Shown here: positions 1 to 14,200 of the stretch, one piece after another | Layout of the letters: every line of letters starts with the position of its first letter | Position numbering within the stretch: the first letter of the stretch is position 1 | NCBI RefSeq assembly: GCF_000743755.1 | Contig: NW_014569479.1 | Span: 1 to 40,249 of the forward strand | Reading direction: 5' to 3' | Origin: Blastocystis sp. subtype 4 | Taxonomy: Eukaryota | Length of the DNA: 40,249 nt | Program-made: the position numbers and the translations under genes | Notes under the pieces: generated by a model | What the model was told of the DNA's origin: nothing | The model's input: the letters and a program-made list of their open reading frames with translations, nothing else | Databases searched by the model: none

Positions 1-2064
<2,064 letters not shown>

Positions 2065-2094
2065 TGTTTAGAACACTATGTTATCCTAGTAATG

Positions 2095-2102
2095 TGTTTG
2101 TT
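2095..2102 (+). terminator. TGTTTGTT GU-rich polyadenylation element of MCM7
   Basis: Exact TGTTTGTT 30 nt after the stop codon. The same motif recurs after many genes in the window. Confidence 0.7.
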
Positions 2103-2226
2103 TCTAATATTCACTATGATTTAGCTATTTTTTCGAATAAACCCGAAAAGCAAAAAGAAACCACAATTGAGACCACGTCACGTGAGGAACTAAGGCAATT
2201 CCACGGATCCCAAGTGAAATATCACG

Positions 2227-5200
2227 ATGAAGAAGTGGTTTCTACTTTGCTTAATTGTTTTACACGGAGTAACGTCACAAGTAACAACCCTCAACTGCAA
2301 TCCATATGATTCATCACTCTTCCCTGATATTCCAATGGATAATGCAGATCAGGAATCATACGAGGTAATTTTGATATACTTGCAGTAAGGAAATAGCAAG
2401 TGTACGACGTATATCTTGACGAATCAAACATCGAGCAGCCTTGCCCAGCTGGTAAACACCATAATATTAATAATAGAATAGGGTATTTCTGCAGATACGG
2501 AAAGAAACAGTTGTGTTCTTCTCGCAGTTTCGGATTCACAACAGCAGGAGAATACTCGACTATATTCGATAACAATGAACTAACATCCAAGTATTGCGCA
2601 GGAATCTGTGCCAAAGGTATCCAAAATGGTGTGAGATTCATGAATAGGTTACTACGCAGTAATAGGACATCAGTACAATAATGAAAGGTGTGAAGGACCT
2701 TGTCCTGAAGGATATTACTGTCCTTCATGTGGTATTCAGTATTGCACTCAGATAAACGATAGGAACGCTGGAAACAGAAATATTAATCTGTCCATCCAAT
2801 CCGACAGAGTACTGCCCAACTGGAGCGGCAATACCGACAAGAGTACAATAAATGAATAATGGTCATCAACAGAGTACGCCTGGAACTTATACCCTACCTG
2901 AAGACAGATATCCGCGAATAAGTTCAGCCAATTGTCCCCAGGGATCTTACTGTCGAGGTGGAGTGCGAACGCTGTGTCCTGCAGGAACATATGGTAATGT
3001 ACAAAGACTAACAACTAGTACTTGTAGCGGCAATTGCACTGCTGGATATTATTGTGACGAAGGAAGTATATCAGCTACGGCATCGAACTGTGGGGATGCC
3101 AATCACTATTGTCCTGAAGCATCAGGAGAACCTATCGCCGTCTTAACTGGTTATTACTCTGGACCATTATCAGCATCCGTCGAAAACCGATATGAACAGT
3201 ATCTTTGTGAGCGTGGGTACTACTGCGCTAACGGTATACGTCATGACTGTGGTGCTGCATTCCTATACTGTCCACAAGGATCCATATTTCCTACAATTGT
3301 GGAGGATGGTTATTATTCTTTACCGATCAATGTCTCTATAACAAACAGGTACGATAAAAAGGAATGCCCAGCTGGAAGCTACTGCACATCAGGAGTGATC
3401 AAAAACTGTTTGGCAGGATACTATGGAAACGAAACAAGGTTATCAACTCCACAATGCTCAGGAATGTGTTTAAAAGGATACTTTTGTACAGAAGGTTCTA
3501 CAACATCAACACAAAATCCTTGTGGTGCAGTGAATGTATACTGTCCTGAGGGATCATCAACCCCCAAAACAGTGAGAGATGGATATTACACAACACCTAC
3601 AACAGTAGCCGAAAACATCAGAAGTGGAGAAACAATATGTGAACAAGGATACTATTGTACCAATGGAACAAGATATGAGTGTGGAAGCATTAGATTCTAC
3701 TGCCCTGAAGGAAGCAAACAACCCATACAAGTATTACCACATTACTACAGTGCACCAGAAACAGAAAGTGAAAACAAAAGATATCAACAATTACAGTGTC
3801 CACCAGGATTCTATTGTGATAATGGAATAAAGAATGAATGTGGATTGAATAAGTATTGTCCAATTGGATCATCATCTCCTAAAGAAGTACCTGAAGGATA
3901 TATCGCTGGACCTGATTCATCTCCTCAGAAATCAGAATTGATGAATTGTACTGCTGGATATTATTGTAGTGGAGGATCAATGATTGATTGTGGAATTGGA
4001 TTCTATTGTCCTGCTGGATCATCTGATCCTACTCCCATTTCATCTGGATACTATGTAATTCCAGAAGAAGAAGATCAAATTCATGGAACATCTCAAATGA
4101 TTTGTCCTTCAGGATTCTATTGTGATAATGGAATGAAGAATGAATGTGGATTGAATAAGTATTGTCCAATTGGATCATCATCTCCTAAAGAAGTACCTGA
4201 AGGATATATCACTCAGAAATCAGAATTGATGAATTGTACTGCTGGATATTATTGTAGTGGAGGATCAATGATTGATTGTGGAATTGGATTCTATTGTCCT
4301 GCTGGATCACCTATTCCTATTCCTGTTCCTAATGGTTATTATTCTGGACCTGATTCATCTCCTATTTCTAATCATTTTGTTATTTCTTTATGCCTTCCTG
4401 GTCATTATTGCATGAATGGTTCTCTTTATTCTTGTCCTGCTGGTTTCTTTGGTGATTCATATGGTTTATCTTCTATTTCTTGTTCAGGTGCTTGTCATCA
4501 TGGTTTTATTTGTCCTTCTGGTTCTTCCTCTTCATTTACTATTGATTGTGGTAATGCTACTGTTTATTGTCCTACTGGATCATCGTATCCACTTTTTGTT
4601 GATGATGGTTACTATTCGGGTCCTCTTTATGTTGATGAGAAGAATCGCTTCCAACAATGGATTTGTCCTATTGGTTCGTATTGTGTTAATGGATCGTTGT
4701 ATTCTTGTCCTCCTGGTGTTTATGGTCTTGTTGAAGGCCTCTCCTCTTCCTCTTGTTCTGGTGTTTGTCCTCCTGGTTTCTATTGTCCTGAAGGATCTAC
4801 AGATTATTCAAATCATCCTTGTGGTAGTGTTGATGTATATTGTCCTGAAGGAAGTGACTCTCCAATTCCGGTTCCTGATGGCTTCATTTCTGGGCCATTA
4901 TCAGTTAATGTAACAAATCGTTATGAGATTGTTGCTTGTCCTCCTGGCCATTATTGTGTTTCTGGTAACATGGAAGAATGTCCTCCTGGAACCTATGGAA
5001 ACATTACTGGCTTATCTTCATCAACATGTTCTGGATTATGCCCTCTTGGTTATTACTGTCCAACTGGTACTGTCTCTTTCGAGGATTATCCCTGCTCCAA
5101 TGGTTATTATGGATCTGAGTTTGGTCTCTGGAATAACACATGTAGTGGTGTTTGTTCGCCTGGTTACTTCTGTCCTCCATCAAGTACGAATTCAACTTCG

Positions 5201-8200
5201 ATTCGTTGTGGTGGTGCTCATGTGTATTGTCCTTCTGGTTCTGATCGTCCTCTTCCTGTTCCTTTTGGTTGGTGTTCTGGTCCTACTGACTCTGATCCTT
5301 CAACTCGAAGTGAAATCTTCTTCCCCGATTCTCATCATCTCTGTATGAATGGAACGTATCCTTTCTCTATATCATCAATTCTAGGTTATATGAACGAGTA
5401 TCTTTTATCGATGACAAGAATCAATCGCTTTGTTCTGATGGATACATCAATGTTCATCTCAACAATCACCTTACTGATTATGTAACTCTTATTCCATTCA
5501 TCTCCTCTATTCCTGAGTCATCAGATTTGACTATATCAACTCCAATTATTAGATACATCTATGCCTCTAAATCCATTCTATTCGATTTGACTGCTAGTGC
5601 CACAATGGAAGTAGAGTTTCAGTTTGTATTTGACTTACAGCTTCTTCAATCGCATTCTCCTTTCCTATTCAATATCACTGCTCAGAATGAAGTATCTTCT
5701 CTTGTCTGTGAGGTTAGAGTCTATTATTTAGAATTGAATCATCCTCCTGTTATCGCTGATGCCACTTTTCAACTTCCTCTTTATGCTGAGAACAATACTG
5801 TCATAGGAACAGTATTTGCTCTTGATCCTGATGAGAATCAAGTATTATCATTCTCTATTCTTCGTTTGATTTCTATTGGAGAATCACTAGTAGAAGAATC
5901 CTCCACTCTAAGTAGTCTAGCTACCAATCCTCACTTCGTTATTGATCCTCTATTTGGTACTCTCAGTTTCATCAATCCTGATCTATTCAATCAGTTTGTT
6001 GATAGGATTCTCCTTCATATTATGGTAATTGATAATGGTTCTCCTTCATTGAATGACACGTAATCATTGATCATTCATTTCATTCTAGAGCTATTGCCAC
6101 TATTCTTCTGTCTCAACCTCAGCGTATTCCATTATGGACTCTTTCTGTGAAGAATTGCTCATTTGATGAACATCTTCCACCTCATTCTTGTGTTGATTCT
6201 GTTATTGAAGTATTGGATCCACGACTTGGTCCTATTCAATTCTTCTCTGGTGACTCTTCTCCCATTACATAATGCATAGACAATANNNNNNNNNNNNNNN
6301 NNNTATGAGTCTCAGAATTCTTATGAGATCCAAATCATTGCTCGATTACTCAATTCAACAGTTTCAACTCTTCTACCTCTTCATGTTTCAGTCCGAGACA
6401 TATCCTTTACATAAGATAGATTGTATTCCTTCACTTCAGATGAATGAACCGCCTTTGATTCTCACAGAAGCTATCTCTCTTACTATGGACACAAATCCTT
6501 CTTCGTGGTCATTCTCTGTTATTATTGAGGATCTTGTCATGGTTTTTGAGTCTTTTCATACATAGGATAGGGGACAGAACCATACATTCTCAATGAGTAT
6601 GATTGATTCGATTGGATACAATCCTTTCCATATCAATCATTCTGGTATCATCACGCTTGTCTCTTCATTGATATCTGCTTCAGTATATCGAATGAATGTG
6701 ACTGTCTGTGACATATCCTTTCATTTCTATCCAAGTATTCCCTTAACTCTTCACTCAGGAATTCCTATTCTATGTTCATCTCGTATTATTCCCATCACAG
6801 TTCTTTCTGTCTTTAGTAATCCACTCTGTTATCCTGAATACATCAGTGTATCTGAGCATTCACCTGTTAATACTTTCATTGGTGTCTATTCAGCTGAGGA
6901 TCTTGATGGTAGTATTTTGCACTATTCTATCGAATCCAATGACTTTGTTGCAATCAATCCACTTTCTGGTTCTCTATTCTTAAAGGAAGATGTGGATTAT
7001 GAGACTACAGTGAATGCAACGTATTCTTTCTGTTACCATATCATGTCTAGAATCATTCTCCCTGTCCATGTCGAGAAACTCATCAATAATACCTATTGTT
7101 GTGATTCTTTCATCCATCTTCAGATCCTGGATATTCCAGAGAAACCCATCTTTGATCCATCCAATAACTGGAGTCAATCAGAAAAGAAGAATGTGATTTC
7201 GGTTAGTGAACAAACAACAGAAGGAACAATCCTTGGTTCCAAACTTCGATACATTGATCCTGATGTCAATGATATGATTGTGTATTCCCTTTCATGTATC
7301 AACTCTCCTCTTCCTTGTCCATTTAACATTTCTCAGGATGGATTTGTGCGATTAGCTCATTCGGATTACTTTGATTATGAGATTCAACCGAAATGGATTC
7401 TTCGAATCGTTATTACTGATAGTTATGGTTTGTTCAGTGAGATGACTCTTATTGTGAATCTACTGGATGTCAATGAAGCACCATTCTTCTCTCAGAATAC
7501 ACTCTATCGTGTTGGAACTCTGCCTCTTGTATCTAATGAAGTCATTGGTCTGCCTATCACTGCTCAGGATCCAGAGAATGATATCTTGATATTCTCTATC
7601 AATAGTTCATTGTTCTCTATTGACAGTTTGGGCCAGATCCGGTTAGTAGATATCACAATCAATCCATGGATCATCTATAATACAACAGTCACTGTAACAG
7701 ATCCTTATGGTCTCACAGATACCGCTTTTGTTATCATATCTTTCTATGGAGAGGAAGTGAGCTTTTCAGTCAAACACACTATGATTTCTCTTCTGGAATC
7801 CAATCCAGTTGGATCTGTTCTCCTTCCTCCTGTTACAGTCACTGGAATCTATTCATCTCCCCTTCATTTTGAACTTGTTTCTGGATCTGAAGGTGTTTTC
7901 ACAGTCAATAGTACTTCTGGAATCATTTCACAACTTCATCCTCTTGACTATGAAACTCGATCTTCATTCTCTCTATCAGTCCTTGTGACTGATCAGTTTG
8001 ACAGACAAGCATCAGGAATCATCACGATCATGGTTGACGATGTAAACGAACAACCTGTGATTCAACAATCATCATGTTCTGCTTTACGAAGTATCTCTGA
8101 GAAGAGTCCAGTGAATACTTTCATTTCTCCTCCATTGATTGCAGTAGATCCAGATCTCAATGATTCAATCACATACTCCCTTGTAAAACTTCATGAAGAG

Positions 8201-11200
8201 GATCCAACACTTCCAATAACTGTTGATCCCATTCTTGGTACTCTTTTCGTTTCAAACAGCTCATTATTGGATCATGATGATCATGATCATTATGAAATGA
8301 TGGCAGTTGTAACAGATTCTAAGGGACTTAATGATTCATGTTTGATTCATCTCGATGTAAGAAGAGAGAATCGCAAACCTTCCATAGAGTTTATTCAGAA
8401 GGATATCTATGTCTCTGAAGATGTTTTGTTGAATTCCATGCTTTCTATTCCTTCTCTGATTCGAGATGAGAATCAGGATCAACTCACCTTCTCGAGCTCT
8501 TGTATTGGTTCTCCACTTCATTGTCCTTTCAATTCTACAGGTTCTTCAATGGATTTGATAGTTATTGATCAACTGGATTATGAGAATACAACCACATATG
8601 TAGTCGAGATCTGTGTATCGGATGTGGAATTCCTTATGGAATGTGAGAATGTTACAGTTCATGTGGTGGATGTTGATGAACCTCCAGTTCTCTTTATTGC
8701 AAACACTACAGTTGTTATTAATGAAGATGATCCTATTGGTACTATTATTACTACTATCGTTGCTACAGATCCTGAAGGAGGTGATGTTCATTATTCCATC
8801 AGTGGAGATAACAGAGTCACAATTGATTCTGAATCTGGTGAACTGATGATAACAGGAAATCTCAACTCTGAAACAACTCCTCTTCTGAATGTAACCGTGA
8901 CGGTAACAGATAATACAGGTCATTCATCTTCTCAACCTATCACAATCATCGTGAATGAGGTGAATCAAGCACCTGTATGTGGTTGTTTCTGGAATGCTCC
9001 TTTCATGGTATATGAGAATCTGACTGTTGGATCTCTGGTAACAGTTGTGAATGTGACCGATCGAGAAGTATTGGCTGGAAAACAAACACTCTCTTTGATG
9101 CTTCTGTCAGAAATGTCAACCTTCCAAGTTCAGAACGATGGTTCAATCTATCTTCTTTCTCCTCTCAACTATTGGAATCAGTCAGACTATACTCTTCAAA
9201 TCAGAGTTGAAGATAATGGTATTCCTTCCATGTCTACTCTTTGTTCTGTTAGTATTCATGTCATGGATATCAATACAGCTCCAATCCTTCATATTCCATC
9301 ATCTGTTATCCATATTGCAGAGAATCATACAGTTTTTGAGTTGATTCCTACTGGTCTGAGAATAGAAGATGAAGATTATGGTCAAACCAATTATTTCTTC
9401 GTTTTGAATAGCAGTGTATTTGGAGTGGATCCCATATCTGGAGAGTTGTATCATCGTGATCCTTTGGATTATGAAACTCAGAATCTCTATTCGATTACAA
9501 TTGGAGCCAGAGATATCAGTGAATCTCCTCAGAGTACTTCCATCCAAGTAACAATCATTGTGGATGATGTTAATGAACCTCCTATTCTCTTATCCAATTC
9601 ATTTGTAGTATCAGAAGCTGCTGCCATCCATAGTCTTATTGGTGTGATTCGATACTCCGATCCTGATCAAGGAGTAAATGGAGTGGTACGTTGTATTCAG
9701 AGGAACAATCAGGATGTATTCATTCTAAACGAAAATACTTGCAGTGTTAAGTTAAAGCAGCAACTAGATTATGAACAGCAATCTGGATATCTTCTTTCTA
9801 TTGTCCTTGTTGATGGAGGAGGTCTAATGACAAATGGTATCATTTCAATCACAGTCTTGGATGTGAATGAACCACCTGTTATCCTATGTCTAACTCCCAC
9901 TGTTTCCATTACAAGTGAGACAGAGATAGGAAGTATTATTGGATCTCCATTCACAGTGATTGATCCAGAGAATGATCCTATTGTAGTAACAGTTGTCTCA
10001 TCATCCATGAATATGTCTCTCATAGTCACTTCCACAGAATTGAATCAATATATGCTTCTTCTCAACTCCACAACACCACCTCAAGGAACTACGCAATTTA
10101 CAATCACAGCAACAGATAGTCATGGTCTTAGTACTTCAGGAACAACCAATGTGTTTGTGGCTGCTCCTCAAGAAGAACCAATTCTAACTCCATTAGTCTG
10201 TTCAATACCTGAACATACTCCAATTCATTCTGTGATAGAGAATTGCTCTTTATCTCTTGTTAATCAGGAATCCTTTTCATCAGTTTTCTTCTCAAAGGTT
10301 TTCTCGGTTGCATCATCAGAGTTTGGTATTGTAATGAGTGACAACAAAACTGCCTTGATTAAGGTATTTGAAGATACAGATTATGAAACGATGAATCACT
10401 TTGTGATTCCTGTTGTTTTCACTGCAATGAGTATAGTCGATCAAAAGGAAGTAACGGGTAATGGATTTGTTGTTATTAATCTGTTGGATATCAATGAAGC
10501 TCCATTCTTTGTGTCAAATCCTCATGTAATTGAAGTTGATGAAGGATTACCTGTGAATTCAGTACTTTCACCTTGTTTCCAAGCTGTGGATCCAGATGAG
10601 AATGACAAAAACTATTCTCCTGTATTTGCTCTTGTCACTGTCAATGATTGGTTTGGAATTCAAGTCTCTACAGGATGTCTGTATTTGAAACAAGATGGTC
10701 TGGACTATGAGAATTCAACTCATCCCAAATCTCTTCTGCTTCGAATTATGTGTTCTGATCGTCATGGAGCTTCTTCTGAAACATTGGTTACAATAATGGT
10801 TCGAGATGTGAATGAACCACCATCCTTCCTTTCTGATGCTTTCTTCTTCTCCATCAACTCACCTGTCTCTCTTCATTCAATTATTGGTCCTTCATTGACT
10901 GTTTTTGATCCTGATGAGAATCCAGGTCTCACTTACCATATTCAACACCAATCTTGTGAGAATGCATTTGTAGTGAATCCTACAGCTCCTCTTCTATCAA
11001 CAGGAAATGAATCAGTTCCAGAATTCACTCTCATGAGTTCTGCTAATCATACATGCATTGTACATCTCCAAGTGATTGATAAGGGTGGATTGACAGATTC
11101 AACGATTGTCTATGTGACAATAGTGAGTAATGTTGTTCTTCCGACCATCCCTTCTACAATCTTCTCAGTGAATGAGAATCCTGTTGTGAATCAGGTAATT

Positions 11201-14200
11201 GGTTCTCTCACTGCTCAATCAAACTGTGGTTCTGTGGATGAATTGAATATTGAATTCTTCATGATGGATTCTCCCTTCTCATCGTATGTGAGTATTCATA
11301 ATGATCACTCGCTTCGAGTGTTGGATCCATCCATCTTTGATTTTGAGACACGTGAATCCATTAAACTCCTTATTACTGCTGTGGATCATGGTTGCTTCAA
11401 TATTTCAACATCTATTCCAATTACAATTCTCATTACGGATGTCAATGAACCTCCAATTGTTCATAATATCACTTATCATGTGAATGAGGGAATGACCTAT
11501 CCTCTTCAACTTTCTCCTCCTGTGACTGCTATCGATCCTGAAGGATCTCCTGTAGTGTTTTCAGTATTAACACTTCATCCACTTCTATCAATTGACAATA
11601 ATGGTGTAATCACTCTCCAAGGGCACTTGATCCATTCTTCATCAACTACTCATCGATTCATCTTCTCCTTGAGTGCCACTGATAATGGAGTTCCACCTCT
11701 CTCATCGATCTTCACTGTGACAATTGAGTATGATCAATCTCAATCTCCTTGGCCATCCTTCACTCCCATATTTGTTGATGGCAAATCTCTTTCACTTCAC
11801 ATTCCTGAGAGTCAATCTGTAGGATCTCTTTTAGGTTCACCCTTGAATGTCACTACTGGAAATGCTGTAAATCCAATCCTGTTCTTTTCTATCGAATCCT
11901 GTTCTCCCTTCTGTCCAGTAGTGATTCATTCAACACTTGGTCAGCTCAGTCTTTCTGCTGGATTGGACTTTGAGCAAGTTCCAATCTTCATGGTGAATGT
12001 AACTGTCACAAATGGTGTAGCAATGGATTGGATCCAAATCCAGTTGATTGTATTAGATGAAGAGGATTGTCAAATCAGTTCCATTCTTCCTCAAATGCTG
12101 AATATCACTGATACAACAGTTTCAGTAGAAGGATTGAATCTGAGTCCAATTGGAATCGATAGGATTAGTTCGGAACTATCTGGATCCTTAGTAACAGGGA
12201 CACAATTCAATGTCAGTTATGNNNNNNNNNNNNNNNNNNNNNNNNNNNNNNNNNNNNNNNNNNNNNCATTCCATTTCTTGTATCCTTCCTGCTTCTTTGG
12301 GTTATTCTATTCAATGGGTAATTGAATGGAAATCAACAATTGACAATTCAATTCTTCATCATTGTTCCTTCTTATCGAGGTCTACAAGTCATTTCAAAGG
12401 TGTGAATGTGACTGAGATCAGTGGAGTGACTCAAATGTCAACAACAGGAGCGAGAGTGTGTTTCTCTGGAGAACACATGGGAACAGCATCTCTGTACAAT
12501 GCAATTCCTCAGCGAAATGCTATTACTGCTTCAGCTACTCTTGTAGATGCTTCTAATACACTTCTGTCTTCTTGTTCCTACAGTACATCAAATGACATTT
12601 GTTGTAACATCAACAATGGATATGGATCGACTATCATTTGGGAACTCTGTTTGTATGGTCATTGCTCGAGTATCCAGAATGGAGAATTCCAAATTCCTTC
12701 AATCACATCTATCACTACATCAAAAGAACTGAACTCTCTGGGAGGCGATTCAATTGTATTTACTGGAATGAACTTTGGATCAAACATGAATGTAACACAT
12801 GTCTATATGATGAAAGGAGGAGAAATGAAGGAGCTGAGAGATTGTCATTTCATCCAGACTCATCAGAAATTGGAGTGTCGAAGTATTGAAGGATCTGGTG
12901 ACCAGTTGACGTTTGTTGTGAAAGTGGCAGATCAACAATCCAGTCCGTTTGTTTCCTCTCTATCGTATAGTATTCCAATCATTACTAGTATGTATGGACC
13001 AGGTACTCAGAATGCTCTCACTTCAGGAGGTCAAGTTATCTTTGTTGCTGGACAGAATCTGGGAATTGAAGAGAATTCATCGATTCTTCATTATGGTGAT
13101 TCTAATGAGAAAACCTTCATCACATCTCCTTGTCATGTGTTATTACCTCACACACTTCTACGATGTGTCTCTGTTCCTGGATCAGGATATCAGAATCGTT
13201 GGTTATTGAGAGTTGGTGGTCAGTTCTCCAATGAGTATTATCAGTCCAAAAGCATTTATGGTTATCCAATTGTGATTTCAGTTGACAAGCTGAATACTCC
13301 TCTTCCTACCACTGGAGGATTAGTTCTAATGATTGATGGACTGAATTATGGAACCAACAATTCACAAGTAGTTGTAGAATATGTGAATGAGAAAGGAATC
13401 ACTTACTCTCCATCATGCCAACTAACGATTAATCATACTCAACTGACTTGTACAACAGTTCCTGGATATGGAAACAGATTGTCGTGGAGTATTGAAGTGA
13501 ATGGACTTCTCTCTGTTGATCTTTTTGTCATGTCCTATGCCAAACCATCAATCGACTCATTGACATGCAAGAATATGAATTGTGGAAGATTAACGGGAGG
13601 AGAAGTGGTAATTCTGACAGGAAGCAACTTGGGCCCTTCATCAAGTCCAGTTCAAGCCACTTACGGTTTCTCTGGACTTGAATTCACGGCTCGGAATTGT
13701 CACATCATATCCAATTCAGCGATTGAATGTACAACTGCTGCTGGTGTTGGTCAGAATCTAAAGTGGGTTGTATGGATTGGAGAACAGCAAGCAGAATGTG
13801 GAGCTTCTGTTGAATTCTCTTATTTCACAACAACCATTTCATACTCATTGAATACTCCTATTACTATCAAGAAGAGAGAGGAAGTGTTTGTTGATGTGTC
13901 GAATGACTTCACTTCATGTTATCTCTGTTCCTTTGAGATTTCTTTCAATGGTGTATCAACAGAAGCTGGAGTATTTAACTCTTCTCTTGTTTCAGCATAT
14001 GCTCCAGTTGTATCTAGTCCTTTTGTGGTTGCTGTGCTTATGATTCATTACAAACAATTCAATGTAGAAACAACCAATTCCATCTCTATTCCATTGATGG
14101 CCCCTTCAATCAACTCTTATATGATTGCTAAGAGTGGAGTTGCCTATCTTCTCTCCTTATTTGGAGAGAACTTTGGCTTTGAGAAAGCTTATCTGACTGT

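Noticed and set aside
4416..5348. Very hydrophobic alternative-frame ORFs (165 and 141 aa)
   Set aside because: They are a by-product of T-ending codons in the real Cys-rich frame.
5356..5384. GTATCCTTT donor suggesting a GT-AG U12 intron
   Set aside because: It is only 29 nt with no CCTTAAC-like branch site, so it fits the major class. It could be a converted U12 intron, but that is unsupported.
12280..12287. GTATCCTT U12-like donor after the second gap
   Set aside because: It lies in good IPT coding sequence (SISCILPASLG), and no branch site or acceptor is found at ~40 nt.
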